The notes beneath the pieces are model-generated. The model worked only from the letters and a program-made list of their open reading frames with translations. It had not been told where the DNA came from and ran no database searches. Of a stretch of DNA of 64,000 nt, positions 47,291 through 58,417 are shown one piece after another. How positions within the stretch are numbered: position 1 is the stretch's first letter; every line of letters starts with the position of its first letter. The position numbers were made by a program, and so were the translations under genes. The DNA is taken from NCBI GenBank assembly GCA_001002765.1, contig LCMS01000005.1, positions 2,562-66,561 on the forward strand. Reading direction: 5' to 3'. This DNA comes from Candidatus Uhrbacteria bacterium GW2011_GWE2_46_68. GTDB lineage: Bacteria > Patescibacteriota > Patescibacteriia > UBA9934 > GWF2-40-263.

Positions 47291-48574
47291 TTATTGCAGA
47301 CGAATCATTTGTAAACGTCCGGATTGCGCATCGGTAAAATAGAGAAGAGAACCGTCGCTGCTTAAAGAAAGATGTTCCATCGTCACCTCCTCGTTTGGAA
47401 TGGCCACAAGAGAAGATTGCCCGGAGGAAAGATTTAAGCGATATAAATTATCAGGCTCATCGTCGTAGAGACCGGGTTGTAAACCCGCATTGGGAGGAAG
47501 GGAAGTGGGTACGCCGCAATACACAATATCCTCGGAAGCAAAGACACATTTTTCCACCCAGGTATTGATCCCTAAACTTTGACGATCCTCACCCATACTC
47601 GACGAAGTGGCGCTCACAGACCAAAGGAGCGGACGATAATCACTGTAAGATCCGGAGACCGAGTAGAGCAGTTGTCTTCCCGAAGGTGACCAAAGAGAAT
47701 CAAAATTCATTCCCTCCACAGTGAGACCTTCAAAGTTTTCGCTGTTGCGTCCAAGAGGGATGATGGTTTGGCGATCAAGGCCGGTTGTGAGTGTAGTGTC
47801 TGCATCCGCAAAGCCGATGATCTGGGCATTGGGAGAGATATTAAGATCCACACGGTTCTCGTTGTCTCCCAAAGCACGGACGGTTTCCATTTGTGTGCCA
47901 TCTGTTTTACTGATGACAATCCAACGATTATCAGGATCAAGTGCAATGCTTTTTGCCGCGATTTCATCGGTTGTGGGAGAAAAATCAAAGTCTTCCCAGT
48001 GCGAAGGAAGAGTGACTTGAGTTTGTGAGACAAAGTCGTAGATCACATTGGAATCATCTGGAAATTCAATAACGACTTTGTCGGCCGTATCATTCCAAAC
48101 GACCGAGGAAGCCTCTGGAAAAGTTTTGGAAGAAAGAGCGACCACATTTCCGTTTGCACCGATTGTATAAAAACGATCATCTTGAGGATTATAGAAACAA
48201 GCTTCTGCTCCGCAAGAAGTGGGGGAGAGAATGGAACCGGACGTGAGTTCGGTGACTTGGGTCACTCCTCCGCTCGCGACCTCATCGGCTTGTTCCAATT
48301 TTCCTTCTGTGGGAGGAACAAAGACAGAAGGAGCGCCCGTTTGCGCAGAGGGAAGATTACCGCCCAGCGTTGTCACTTCTTCTTCATCTGCGGTTGTTTC
48401 GTCTCCAAAGAACGGTTTGAAGAATAAAAAATAAATGGCAGCTGCAATCGCGATCACCGAAGCGACAAAGAGCGCGATCAAAGCCACACGTTTTGTGCGA
48501 AGAGTAAGCATAGATAAGGTTATTGTAGCGAGAGCAAGAGAAGAAAGCCAGGAGAGAGGAAAGAAAATTTTCAA
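47291..48574 (-). CDS. Membrane-anchored extracytoplasmic beta-propeller (PD40/TolB-like repeats) protein
   Basis: N-terminal TM; WSPSG and LSLSSDGSLLYF repeat motifs. Confidence 0.55.
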   Translation of the reverse strand: MKIFFPLSWLSSLALATITLSMLTLRTKRVALIALFVASVIAIAAAIYFLFFKPFFGDETTADEEEVTTLGGNLPSAQTGAPSVFVPPTEGKLEQADEVASGGVTQVTELTSGSILSPTSCGAEACFYNPQDDRFYTIGANGNVVALSSKTFPEASSVVWNDTADKVVIEFPDDSNVIYDFVSQTQVTLPSHWEDFDFSPTTDEIAAKSIALDPDNRWIVISKTDGTQMETVRALGDNENRVDLNISPNAQIIGFADADTTLTTGLDRQTIIPLGRNSENFEGLTVEGMNFDSLWSPSGRQLLYSVSGSYSDYRPLLWSVSATSSSMGEDRQSLGINTWVEKCVFASEDIVYCGVPTSLPPNAGLQPGLYDDEPDNLYRLNLSSGQSSLVAIPNEEVTMEHLSLSSDGSLLYFTDAQSGRLQMIRLQ

Positions 48575-48665
48575 TTTTTGATGAAAGAAAGGAAATATTT
48601 ATTTTGGATATTGCCGAGAGATTCTTCCATTCAAAATGAAATGGTGAACATGAGAAATTTTTTCA

Positions 48666-49451
48666 TCATTGAAAGACACTGATTCCCATACCGAGGAAGT
48701 CGACGAAGGCTGCAAGAGGATGATCCGTAAGAGCCATAGCTCCCGCGACGATAATGATAAGAGCGGCCGCAGCCGTAAGCACAAGGATAACAAGGATGAT
48801 ATCTGCGGCAATAATGCCCATATCCACATATTCGTTTGGAAGCGGAAGCGGTAAAGGATCCCAACTGGGCTCGGAAATAAACGGGTCTTTTCCTTTCATG
48901 ATGTATTTGCCGTAGAAGAGTTCCAAGTTGAGATAAGCAAAGCTAAAGGCAAAAAATATCCAGTCGATCAAAAAAGCCACTCCGGACGATCCGATGTTCA
49001 GCGCACTCGAAATAAAGTCCACAAGATAAATTGCTCCTCGCCGCGCGCCGGTTTCAGCTTTTTTCTTTATCTCTTTTTGCAGCTTGGTTTGTTTGCGTTT
49101 TTCTTCGTTTTGCTTTTCTTCCTTATCATCGGTAAGCAAGGTTTTGGCGATCGTTGAAGCAAATTGCATACGACGTCCTTCCTCGTTTGACGTTTCTTCT
49201 TCCGTTTCTTCGGGAAGTCCGTCAGGATACAAGGGAATGGGAGAATGCTCGGAAGGTTCGTAGGGAATGGTTGTCGGTTTATTCTCTATGATGTAGGGGG
49301 CGGATGACGGAACAGTCGGCAAGGCTTCCATTTTTGGTTTTGCAAAACGCAACTGCGCCGCAGCGAGAAGTTCGGCGTGTTTTTTTTGTCGATCACGCAG
49401 ATATTGCGAGCGACGATTTTGTTCCGTGGGGGAGGCTCCTCCTACAGCCAT
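48666..49451 (-). CDS. Hypothetical membrane protein with charged coiled-coil N-terminal half
   Basis: ORF plus TM prediction only. Confidence 0.4.
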   Translation of the reverse strand: MAVGGASPTEQNRRSQYLRDRQKKHAELLAAAQLRFAKPKMEALPTVPSSAPYIIENKPTTIPYEPSEHSPIPLYPDGLPEETEEETSNEEGRRMQFASTIAKTLLTDDKEEKQNEEKRKQTKLQKEIKKKAETGARRGAIYLVDFISSALNIGSSGVAFLIDWIFFAFSFAYLNLELFYGKYIMKGKDPFISEPSWDPLPLPLPNEYVDMGIIAADIILVILVLTAAAALIIIVAGAMALTDHPLAAFVDFLGMGISVFQ

Positions 49452-49460
49452 AGAAAATGA

Positions 49461-51935
49461 TTAAGATGATTTTGTCAGAACAATGGATCCGCGTGCAACT
49501 TTTGCTTTGAGATAAAGCGGACGGGGAGATTGCAAAGCCATTTCTGCGATCGGATATTCCACCTTGGTCTGTATGGCTTGTCGAATGGCACGTGCACCAC
49601 TTCCAGGATCACAGGTTTTGATGACGATGTCCACAATCCCTTTGTCCCACGTGAAGACAATATTTTGATCGGCCAAACGTTTTGTCAGTGCGTTGAGTTG
49701 CTGATTTGTAATGTGTTTGAGGGTGTCCGGAGTCAGGGGACGGAAAATACAGACATGATCAAGACGATTTAACAGTTCGGGTCGCAGGCGATCTTTGAGT
49801 TCTTGCTGCAGATCCTCGGCCAGCTTTGTTTCCGCACCGCGCGCATCGGATTGAAACCCCATGGATCCTTGTTCGAATCGTTCAAGCCCGATGTTTGAGG
49901 TGAGAATCACCAAGGCATGGCGAAAACTGACACTGCGTCCGGTGGCATCCATAAGCTCTCCTTCTTCCAAAATTTGTAAAAGAATATTTTGCACATCACG
50001 ATGCGCTTTCTCAATCTCATCAAAAAGCAAAACCGTATGTGGGCGTTGTTTGATGCGATCCGTAAGTGCGGCAGACTCACGATACCCCACATAACCGGCG
50101 GGAGATCCCATGAGTTTGGAAACCGTAAAGCCTTCGGCGTACTCGGACATGTCAAAACGCACGATGGCTTTGGGGTCTTGAAAATACTGGTGCGCGATCG
50201 CTTTGGCCATTTCCGTTTTTCCCACCCCCGAAGGGCCTAAAAAAAGAAAGGATGCCAAAGGGCGACGAGGATCTTGCAATCCCATTTTGGCGTGTTGAAG
50301 TGCGCCGGAGATGGTGGTGATTGCCTCGGATTGTCCCAAAATGATTTCACCAAGTCGTGCAGAAAGTGTGCGCGCATTCGTATCAGAACCCAAAAGATCA
50401 TCAAGAGGAATACGTGTCATGCGCGAGACCACACGGAAAATATCTTCTTTTGAGATTGTTCCCAGTCGTTCTTTTGAGAGCAAGGGTAATTTGGAAACAA
50501 GATCGGCCAAGTGGTCTTCTTCTTCTTTGAGCATGGTGGCATCTTCATAGCGTTCTTCAAGCACGGCTTGTTTTTTTGCTTTTTTTGCTTCCTGCCATTT
50601 TTGTTCCAATTGTCGGCGTTGTCGCAGGGCGGGAGAAGAAGGAGTTTGCAAATGTGCGCGTGCGGACGCCTCGTCCACAAGATCAATCGCCTTGTCGGGC
50701 TGATGTTTGTGAGGGAAGTAACGATCGGAAAGTGTGGCAGCTGTTTCGATCGCCTCTTGTGTAATGGTAATGCGATGAAATTCCTCATAAGACGGCGCAA
50801 TGCCTTTGAGGATTGCTTTCGTGCGCGCAAGATCAGGTTCTTCCACGCGAACGATTTGAAATCGGCGCTCAAGCGCATGATCGCTTTCAAAACTTTTTTT
50901 GTATTCCGCAGGTGTGGTGGCGCCAATGCAGCGCAATTCCCCGCGAGCCAGCGCAGGTTTCAAAATACTTGCCGCGTCCATAGATCCACTCGCCGACCCG
51001 GCACCCACAAGATTATGAATTTCATCAATAAAGACGATAACCTCGGGATGCACTTTGGCTTCTTCAATGATTTGCTTGAGTCTTGATTCAAACTCTCCCC
51101 GATACATAGTGCCGGCAACCACATGGGCAAGATCAAGGGTAACGACCCGTTTTCCCAAAAGAGTGTCCGGAGCTTTTGCTTGCACAATATGATTGGCAAG
51201 TCCTTCCACGATCGCGGTTTTTCCCACCCCGGCCTCTCCAAGGAGGAGAGGATTGTTTTTGGTGCGGCGACAGAGAATTTCCATGACGCGTTCGATTTCT
51301 TCTCCACGTCCGATGACCGGATCGAGTTGATGTTGTTTTGCTTTCTCCGTCAGATCACGTCCAAAATAATCCAGAGCCGGAGTTTGACTTTCGTCCCGGT
51401 CAAAAGAATCTTCTTCCAACAAGGTTTCTCCTTCCACAATTTCTTGGGGAATTTCACGAGCGAGTTTGGAAAAGCGAGAAGTGCTTTTCATCATCATGGA
51501 TAATTGGCGGCGCAGACGGGTGAGGTTTACTTGTTCTTTTTCAAAAAAAGTGAGGACGTCTTTTGGTTCGGTTTGAAGGAGACCGGAGAGCAAATGCTCG
51601 GTTCCTATATACGAGTGACCAAAGGTATGGGCAAGGAGAATGGCTTTTTCCATGGCACGTTTAGAATCGTCGGAAAGTTCGAGCAAATGATTTTCTTTGT
51701 GTGCGGAAGAAGCGCGGCGTGCAAGAGGTGAAGCGATCCATGTTTTGAGACGATCAGAAGGAAGGTTGGCTTTTTGGAGCATGTCCGAAGCCAAAGAACC
51801 TTTTTGCGCACTCAAAGCCCACAGGAGGTGTCGTGCTTCAATTTTTCTCTGTTGCGTTTCGATCACAAACTGCAAAACGTCGGAGAGGGCGTTTTTAAGA
51901 TGTGTGGAAAATTTATCAATGATGTCAGGAGTCAT
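49461..51935 (-). CDS. clpC: Clp/Hsp100 family AAA+ chaperone (ClpC-like, two nucleotide-binding domains, N-terminal Clp-N repeats)
   Basis: 824 aa; two Walker A/B sets ([16 protein letters not shown]), the conserved Clp/Hsp100 segment [15 protein letters not shown]; short middle region fits ClpC over ClpB. Confidence 0.88.
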   Translation of the reverse strand: MTPDIIDKFSTHLKNALSDVLQFVIETQQRKIEARHLLWALSAQKGSLASDMLQKANLPSDRLKTWIASPLARRASSAHKENHLLELSDDSKRAMEKAILLAHTFGHSYIGTEHLLSGLLQTEPKDVLTFFEKEQVNLTRLRRQLSMMMKSTSRFSKLAREIPQEIVEGETLLEEDSFDRDESQTPALDYFGRDLTEKAKQHQLDPVIGRGEEIERVMEILCRRTKNNPLLLGEAGVGKTAIVEGLANHIVQAKAPDTLLGKRVVTLDLAHVVAGTMYRGEFESRLKQIIEEAKVHPEVIVFIDEIHNLVGAGSASGSMDAASILKPALARGELRCIGATTPAEYKKSFESDHALERRFQIVRVEEPDLARTKAILKGIAPSYEEFHRITITQEAIETAATLSDRYFPHKHQPDKAIDLVDEASARAHLQTPSSPALRQRRQLEQKWQEAKKAKKQAVLEERYEDATMLKEEEDHLADLVSKLPLLSKERLGTISKEDIFRVVSRMTRIPLDDLLGSDTNARTLSARLGEIILGQSEAITTISGALQHAKMGLQDPRRPLASFLFLGPSGVGKTEMAKAIAHQYFQDPKAIVRFDMSEYAEGFTVSKLMGSPAGYVGYRESAALTDRIKQRPHTVLLFDEIEKAHRDVQNILLQILEEGELMDATGRSVSFRHALVILTSNIGLERFEQGSMGFQSDARGAETKLAEDLQQELKDRLRPELLNRLDHVCIFRPLTPDTLKHITNQQLNALTKRLADQNIVFTWDKGIVDIVIKTCDPGSGARAIRQAIQTKVEYPIAEMALQSPRPLYLKAKVARGSIVLTKSS

Positions 51936-51946
51936 AATATCAAAGG

Positions 51947-53239
51947 TTAAATCATCACCGACGAGCGCATGCCATTGTTCCCATCCTGACTACGAGGATC
52001 GTTCCCGCCGAGGAGAGTCTGATGATCGTTATGGAACCAATACGCTCTTGGCACATGAATGGGAGAAAGAAAAAAAGCTCCTATGAGGTAAGAGATGCTC
52101 TCCATGCCATTTGCAACGTTATCCAGTGGTTTTCCTGTTTCTATAAGATGAATCATAAAGGCTATGATCCAATCTTCAGGAGTAAGCCCTGTTTCACCAT
52201 GATAGGGGGAGTTTTCATCTTTTTTGGAAGATTGAAGGAAAGAAAGATACTCAATGGGAGATTGACCTGCTTCAAGAGAAGGTCGAGGGACGAGGTCTCC
52301 TTGGGGTATTCCTCGGCCTTCTCTGGGAATGGAAGCAAAGCCTTTGGGAGTTTCTATGTTTTGTTCATCTGGGTTTGAAGGTTGGAGAAGATGAACAGTC
52401 CAACCAGGAAAAGAATCTTGATTGTCTTCTTGTTCTTTGAGTATCTGTGCCTTTGTCTTCCCCCCATGACCTTTTGTTGTAAAAGACTGTGGATAATAGA
52501 CAAGATTTGGAGAATCCCCCACATCTGCTCCTTGATATCCTGACCATACCCAAAGAGGTTCGTGCGTATAAAGATAAAAGGAAGGATTATTCTTCTTATA
52601 ATCGATAAGAAACTGTTTGAATGTTTCTCGGAGGCTATCAAGGCTCATGCCAAAGGGAACAAGAAGAAGTTTGGTAAAGCCTTGGTCGTGTTTAGTCTCG
52701 AGAGTCTCACGACGTTCAAACAGACGCATGGCGATTTGTTCCAAGGTGGGGATGGGATAAATCTTTCCATCTATGCCCAAGATAACTCCTTCTTTGAGGA
52801 TGCCTACTTGTTCAAGAAGGGAGACTTGAGAAGTGTATTGCTCACGAAGATTGTAAAGACGTTCAGCTTCTTGAAAATATTCGGGGAGTTTTTCTTCTTT
52901 TGGTTCCCCATTCTTAAGTAGATATTCAAAGCGTTCGAGAAGGAGAGCGAGTCGTTCAAGATCTGGGATGGAGAGTTTACAGGTCGCCTCACGCAGGAGG
53001 TCGGGCTTGCCAAGAGATTCTCTGGAAATCTCATGAGCTTTTGTAAAATCAATGATCTCTTGTCGCAGAGTTTCAAAATGCGCGCGATATTGTTCGGGCA
53101 AAGAATCACGGACACTTGAAACAGAATCCATGACGGCTTCGTGGAGAGTAGCGGATAAAGGAGGTTCAGAAGACAGAGTCCCCCTTCGTCCCGCCGTTGG
53201 CGGGACTTCGGGCCGTTTGAGAAAATTACAAGGAAGCAT
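51947..53239 (-). CDS. Member of the ~440-aa paralogous family (copy 2); lacks the GRWTPAFAGVAGGKGLGTPG insertion; its start overlaps the htpX stop; 12 nt upstream of clpC
   Basis: Collinear with 58418..59740 (LHEAVMDSVSSVRDSLPEQYRAHFETLRQEIIDFTKAH ... GFTKLLLVPFGMSLD ... NLVYYPQSF ... GWTVHLLQPSNP ... SPYHGETGLTPEDWIIAFMIHL ... RSSVMI). Confidence 0.75.
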   Translation of the reverse strand: MLPCNFLKRPEVPPTAGRRGTLSSEPPLSATLHEAVMDSVSSVRDSLPEQYRAHFETLRQEIIDFTKAHEISRESLGKPDLLREATCKLSIPDLERLALLLERFEYLLKNGEPKEEKLPEYFQEAERLYNLREQYTSQVSLLEQVGILKEGVILGIDGKIYPIPTLEQIAMRLFERRETLETKHDQGFTKLLLVPFGMSLDSLRETFKQFLIDYKKNNPSFYLYTHEPLWVWSGYQGADVGDSPNLVYYPQSFTTKGHGGKTKAQILKEQEDNQDSFPGWTVHLLQPSNPDEQNIETPKGFASIPREGRGIPQGDLVPRPSLEAGQSPIEYLSFLQSSKKDENSPYHGETGLTPEDWIIAFMIHLIETGKPLDNVANGMESISYLIGAFFLSPIHVPRAYWFHNDHQTLLGGNDPRSQDGNNGMRSSVMI

Positions 53240-54116
53240 CCATATGACGCAGGCGTTCGATACGTTTTTCAATCGGAGGATGAGTGCTGAACAAATGTTC
53301 AAATCGTTTGGTCACAAAAGGATCAAAGGGATTGGCAAGAAACAGATGAGCGGTTGCATGATTGGCTTTTTGTAAAGGGCGATCTTGAGTGGCGATTTTT
53401 TCCAAGGCTTGTGCCAGACCCTCCGGGTAACGTGTGAGAAGAGCGGCGGAAGCATCGGCCAGATATTCTCGTTTGCGACTGATCGCCAGTTTAATGAGCT
53501 CGGCAATCAAAGGAGAGAGGAGCGCCAGGACAATCCCAATGAGAAAAATCCAAACCGCGTTTTGTCCCTCTTGCCGTCTTCCACCAAAAAGATTTCCACG
53601 CAAAAGAATATCGGATAAAAGAAGAATGGCGCCGACCATAACAACAACCAAGGTCATGAAACGAATATCATAATTTTTAATATGAGAAAGTTCATGAGCC
53701 AAAACTCCTTCGAGTTCTTGTTTATCAAGAAGTTTGAGAAGGCCGGTGGTGACGGCAATCGCCGCATGGGCAGGATCGCGACCTGTGGCAAAGGCATTTC
53801 CCGCTTCATCGGGAATGATATAGATCGCAGGAGTGGCAAGGCCGCTTCCAATCGCCAGATTTTCCACCAAGCGATACAGCTCGGGCGCATCGGATTTTTG
53901 AATGGGTTTTGCCCCTGATGTCATGAGTGCCACTTTGTCTCCACTAAAATAACCGATCAATACAAGAATCGTCGCAAGGAGAGCGGCAAGGATAATGCCT
54001 CCTTCCGGAGATTCAAAAGCCGCTCCGAGCACCCAGCCCAGAGCGACCAAAAGAGTGGTACAGATAATGATAAGCAACCAAGAATCTCGTTTGTTGCGGG
54101 CAATGTCGGCGTACAT
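53226..54116 (-). CDS. htpX: Zinc metalloprotease HtpX (peptidase M48)
   Basis: 296 aa; HELSHIKNYD HExxH motif; TM topology. Confidence 0.9.
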   Translation of the reverse strand: MYADIARNKRDSWLLIIICTTLLVALGWVLGAAFESPEGGIILAALLATILVLIGYFSGDKVALMTSGAKPIQKSDAPELYRLVENLAIGSGLATPAIYIIPDEAGNAFATGRDPAHAAIAVTTGLLKLLDKQELEGVLAHELSHIKNYDIRFMTLVVVMVGAILLLSDILLRGNLFGGRRQEGQNAVWIFLIGIVLALLSPLIAELIKLAISRKREYLADASAALLTRYPEGLAQALEKIATQDRPLQKANHATAHLFLANPFDPFVTKRFEHLFSTHPPIEKRIERLRHMDASL

Positions 54117-54119
54117 GCA

Positions 54120-54671
54120 CTAGAACGTTACCTTTGGCGTTTGCTCAGCCTCGGAGGGGGCATCAAAGAATTCCTTTTTTTGAAAACCAAATGGGCCGGC
54201 AATCACATTGTTTGGAAAAGATTGCAAAGCCGTGTTGTAATCACGCGTCATGCCATTATAGAAGCGGCGAGACGCTTGGATTTTATCTTCGGCATCAGTG
54301 AGTTCTTGTTGGAGGTGCAAAAAATTTCCTGCGGCTTGGAGGGAAGGATAATTTTCCGCAACCGCAAAAAGAGATTTCAAGGATTGGGTGAGCATGTTTT
54401 CCGCTTGTGCATGATCGGTCATGGTTTGCGCATTCATGGCTGCGCTGCGTGCTTGAGTGACCTTGGTAAAAACAGAATCTTCATGCATAGCGTACGCCTT
54501 CACAGACTGCACAAGATTGGGAATAAGGTCATAGCGGCGCTTGAGTTGCACTTCGATATCGGACCACGCTTCTTCCACACGATTCCGCAGACGAATGAAA
54601 CGATTGTATGTTACAATAAGCCAACCGCACAGGATCACAAGCACGATCACGATCGCATAGATAATTTCCAT
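54120..54671 (-). CDS. lemA: LemA family protein
   Basis: 183 aa; N-terminal TM; conserved LemA core (RRYDLIPNLV ... ENYPSLQA). Confidence 0.88.
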   Translation of the reverse strand: MEIIYAIVIVLVILCGWLIVTYNRFIRLRNRVEEAWSDIEVQLKRRYDLIPNLVQSVKAYAMHEDSVFTKVTQARSAAMNAQTMTDHAQAENMLTQSLKSLFAVAENYPSLQAAGNFLHLQQELTDAEDKIQASRRFYNGMTRDYNTALQSFPNNVIAGPFGFQKKEFFDAPSEAEQTPKVTF

Positions 54672-54744
54672 AAAATAACGAAGAAAATTAGAGATTTTTC
54701 ACCTAAAATGGTACGGGATTTTCCCTTGAGCGTCAATCAAAATT

Positions 54745-56103
54745 ATGCAAGTTTCCCATGCGATTTTTAAGGCCTATGATATTCGTGGATTGGTAGGAAG
54801 TGAGATCACTCCAGAGTTGGCATATCATTTGGGTCGCGCGTACGTCACTTTTTTACGTGAACAATATTCCGACGAATCTCTTTCTGTTGTGGCAGGCCAT
54901 GATATGCGTCCTTCTTCTTTGGAATTGCAATCCGAACTCATCCGCGGTTTTGTGGATGGAGGCGCGCATGTTTTGGATATTGGTCTTGTTTCCACACCGG
55001 TTTTTTATTTTAGTGTGGGACATTTGAAAGCTCATGGAGGAATCACCGTGACAGCTTCTCATAACCCCGTCACATACAATGGATTTAAGTGCGTGCGGGA
55101 CATGGCGATTCCTGTGGGAGGAGACAGTGGATTTGCTCGTATCATTGAGTTGATCGAGTCCGAAGTCTATACACAGGGGGAGGGGAGTGTAGAAAAAATT
55201 TCCAATATCACAACCGTAGCGGTGGAGGCGCATAAGGCATTTGCCGGGGAAGGGGAGATACGACCCATGAAAATTGTGGCTGATCCCGGAAACGGCATGG
55301 GAGCCCAATATCTGGATGCGCTTTTCTCTCTTTTGCCTGTGGACGTTGTGCGTTTGTATTGGGATTTGGATGGCGCGTTTCCCAATCATGAATCCAATCC
55401 TCTCAAAGAAGAAACACTTAAAGATCTTCAAGCAAAAGTTGTGGCGGAAAAAGCTGATCTCGGTATTGCCACCGATGGGGATGGGGATCGCATCTTTTTT
55501 GTGGATGAAACAGGGAAAACCGTGGAGCCGGCGATCATTCGAGGAATACTGTCTCAAGTAATGTTGCGGCGTTTTCCTGGCGCTACGATTTGTTATGACG
55601 TGCGTCCGGGAAAAATCACTGAGGATATGATTGTGGAGGCAGGGGGCAAACCTTCGCGCACACCAGTGGGTCACTCCCTTATCAAAGCTCAAATGCGTCG
55701 AGAAGGAGCGGTGTTTGGTGGAGAATCTTCCGGTCACTTTTATTATAACTTTCCAACCGGGACATATGATGGGCCTGTCACATCTATTGTGCAGATTTTG
55801 CAAGAGATCACGCGGGCAGGGAAACCGTTTTCACAAATTGTCGCGCCTTTGCATCGTTACGCACATTCCGGAGAAATAAATTATCATGTGGAGGAGAAGA
55901 TCACGGCACTCGATCGGCTCAAAGCACAGTATGGAGATGGTAAACAAGACACACTCGATGGTCTAACCGTCACTTACCCCACCTATTGGTTTAATGTGCG
56001 ATCTTCAAATACCGAATCTCTTTTGCGACTCAATCTTGAAGCTATAGATCGATCTACCATGGAGACTAAGCGCGACGAAGTCGCCGCCATCATTCAACAA
56101 TAA
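54745..56103 (+). CDS. Phosphoglucomutase/phosphomannomutase (alpha-D-phosphohexomutase family)
   Basis: 452 aa; active-site TASHNP; four-domain architecture. Confidence 0.85.
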   Translation: MQVSHAIFKAYDIRGLVGSEITPELAYHLGRAYVTFLREQYSDESLSVVAGHDMRPSSLELQSELIRGFVDGGAHVLDIGLVSTPVFYFSVGHLKAHGGITVTASHNPVTYNGFKCVRDMAIPVGGDSGFARIIELIESEVYTQGEGSVEKISNITTVAVEAHKAFAGEGEIRPMKIVADPGNGMGAQYLDALFSLLPVDVVRLYWDLDGAFPNHESNPLKEETLKDLQAKVVAEKADLGIATDGDGDRIFFVDETGKTVEPAIIRGILSQVMLRRFPGATICYDVRPGKITEDMIVEAGGKPSRTPVGHSLIKAQMRREGAVFGGESSGHFYYNFPTGTYDGPVTSIVQILQEITRAGKPFSQIVAPLHRYAHSGEINYHVEEKITALDRLKAQYGDGKQDTLDGLTVTYPTYWFNVRSSNTESLLRLNLEAIDRSTMETKRDEVAAIIQQ

Positions 56104-56110
56104 TAATCGT

Positions 56111-57331
56111 ATGCCCATCATCACTGACCAAGAAAGAATCCATCATCTTTTAACACGAGGGGTGGAACACGTCTATCCTTCACGAGAGTTTTTGGAGGCA
56201 CGACTCAAAGAAGGAAAGCCGCTCACGCTTTACCTCGGCATTGATCCCACAGGACCCAATCTGCATATGGGGCATGCAATCGTGCTTCGCAAGATGCGCG
56301 AGTTTCAAGAGCTTGGGCACAAACTCATTTTGCTCATAGGGGATTTTACCGGCATGATCGGAGACCCTACGGATAAATCCGCTACGCGTGTACGATTGAC
56401 GCGGGAACAAGTTTTGGAAAACGCGAAAAATTATCAAGCGCAAGCATCCAAGCTTATTCTTCTTGAAGGAGAAAATGCCGCTGAGGTGAAATATAACAGC
56501 ACATGGCTTGGACAAATGACTTTTACTGATGTTGTAGAATTGGCTTCTCATTTTACTGTACAGCAATTACTCGAGCGCGATATGTTTCAAAAGCGTATGG
56601 AAGAGGGGCGCCCCATTCATTTGCATGAGTTCCTCTATCCCACTATGCAAGGCTATGACTGTGTAGCTATGAATGTGGACGGGGAAATCGGCGGAAATGA
56701 TCAGACGTTTAATATGCTCGCCGGTCGGGATTTGATGAAAGATTTGAAAGGACGGGAAAAGTTTGTGGTGACGATGAAATTACTCGTGGATCCAACCGGT
56801 AAAAAAATGGGCAAGAGCGAGGGAAACATGATTTGTCTTTGCGATAGTGCGGACGACATGTTTGGGAAGGTTATGAGTTGGACCGATGGCATGATTGTTC
56901 CCGGGTTTGAGCTCTGCACTTTTGAAACAGATAAGGAAATCCAGTCGATTGCCGTTCAACTTAAAGAAGGCATCAATCCGCGTGATCTTAAAGCGCAATT
57001 GGGACGCAAGGTCGCGGAGATTTATCACGGGGCAGAGGCGGCGCAAGCGGCATCTGATTGTTTTGACCAACTGTTTCGCGAGCACCAATCTCCCCGGGAG
57101 ATGCCGATCTTTGTCATCAATGGAGAGATGAATATCGTAGATCTTTTGGTGGCAAGCAAATCCGTTTCGTCAAAAACCGAAGCGCGCAGGCTTATTGATG
57201 GCAAAGGCATCAAGGTGGGGGATCGTGTGGTGGAAACATACGAGGAAACGGTCAACCCCACCAAAGAAGGAGTCATTCTTCAAAAAGGCAAACGTCATTT
57301 TGTCAAAATAGTTTTAACCCAAACCACATGA
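56111..57331 (+). CDS. tyrS: Tyrosyl-tRNA synthetase
   Basis: 406 aa; HMGH (HIGH), KMGKS (KMSKS), C-terminal S4 domain. Confidence 0.88.
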   Translation: MPIITDQERIHHLLTRGVEHVYPSREFLEARLKEGKPLTLYLGIDPTGPNLHMGHAIVLRKMREFQELGHKLILLIGDFTGMIGDPTDKSATRVRLTREQVLENAKNYQAQASKLILLEGENAAEVKYNSTWLGQMTFTDVVELASHFTVQQLLERDMFQKRMEEGRPIHLHEFLYPTMQGYDCVAMNVDGEIGGNDQTFNMLAGRDLMKDLKGREKFVVTMKLLVDPTGKKMGKSEGNMICLCDSADDMFGKVMSWTDGMIVPGFELCTFETDKEIQSIAVQLKEGINPRDLKAQLGRKVAEIYHGAEAAQAASDCFDQLFREHQSPREMPIFVINGEMNIVDLLVASKSVSSKTEARRLIDGKGIKVGDRVVETYEETVNPTKEGVILQKGKRHFVKIVLTQTT

Positions 57332-58416
57332 TTTGGACCATCATTCTTTTTATTGCGCTTCTTTCCCTTTTGGTTTTTGTCCATGAGCTCGGTCATTTTT
57401 GCGTAGCAAGACGCATGGGCATGAAGGTGGAGGAATTCGGATTTGGATTTCCTCCTCGGCTGTTTGGTATTCGTCCAAAACCTGAAGGAACGATTTACTC
57501 CATTAACTGTATTCCGATCGGCGGGTTTGTGCGCATTAAAGGGGAAGGAGGAGGAGAGACACAAGAGCCGGATAGTTTTGCTTCCAAAGCCGTGTGGAAA
57601 CGTTTTCTTGTTTTAGTGGCCGGTGTTGCCATGAACATCGCCCTTGCCGCGTTTTTGTTTATCATGGGATTTACTTTTGGGATTCCTTCCGTGATCACAG
57701 ATGATGTTCCTGCCTCGGCGCATATCATAGATGAGAAGATTCAGGTTTATTCCGTTTTATCTCAAAGTCCGGCCGAGATGGCAGGGATGGTACCAGGGGA
57801 CATTTTAATTTCGGTTGACGGTCAGGTTTTCGCCGAGTCCGAGGAGGTGCGCAATTATATTCAAACTCATGGAGACGAGGGGATTTTGATGACATGGAAG
57901 CAGACAAGCGGAGAGATAAAAACCGTAGCTATAACCGCAGCTGATCTTACTGAAATGGATTTTCATGGACTGGGAGTGGGGTTTGTGAAAACCGGTCTTG
58001 TTTCCTATCCTATTCATAAAGCGATTGTTCAAGGAATGGTTGCGACGGCAGCGTTAACATGGGATATCACAAAAGCGTTTGGGCAGATCATTAAAGATGT
58101 GGTGATTCATCAAAAAGTGGAAGCCGAACTTTCTGGACCTGTGGGGATTGCGGTGATGACCGGAGAGGTGGCGCAGATGGGATGGACATATTTGATTCAT
58201 TTTGCGGCCGTGCTTTCTTTGAATCTTGCCGTTATCAATATTTTGCCTTTCCCCGCGCTTGATGGAGGGCATGTAGTTTTTCTTTTGGTTGAAAAAATAC
58301 GTCGTAAGCCTGTGGGAGAATCCCTTCGTTCGCTCGCGAATAATCTCGGGTTTGCTTTTTTGATTATTCTTGCGGTCATCGTGACCTATCGTGATGTGAT
58401 CAACTTCGGAGCGTGA
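57328..58416 (+). CDS. rseP: RIP zinc metalloprotease RseP (site-2 protease, M50) with PDZ domain
   Basis: HELGHF, PDZ segment, LNLAVINILPFPALDGGHV motif. Confidence 0.88.
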   Translation: MIWTIILFIALLSLLVFVHELGHFCVARRMGMKVEEFGFGFPPRLFGIRPKPEGTIYSINCIPIGGFVRIKGEGGGETQEPDSFASKAVWKRFLVLVAGVAMNIALAAFLFIMGFTFGIPSVITDDVPASAHIIDEKIQVYSVLSQSPAEMAGMVPGDILISVDGQVFAESEEVRNYIQTHGDEGILMTWKQTSGEIKTVAITAADLTEMDFHGLGVGFVKTGLVSYPIHKAIVQGMVATAALTWDITKAFGQIIKDVVIHQKVEAELSGPVGIAVMTGEVAQMGWTYLIHFAAVLSLNLAVINILPFPALDGGHVVFLLVEKIRRKPVGESLRSLANNLGFAFLIILAVIVTYRDVINFGA

Positions 58417-58417
58417 T

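Noticed and set aside
48599-48864. Small ORFs 48599..48829 / 48631..48864 / 48669..48854 rich in Cys, Tyr and Arg
   Set aside because: They overlap the 3' part of the 48666..49451 gene in other frames, and their low-complexity composition reflects the charged-repeat coding region on the real frame.
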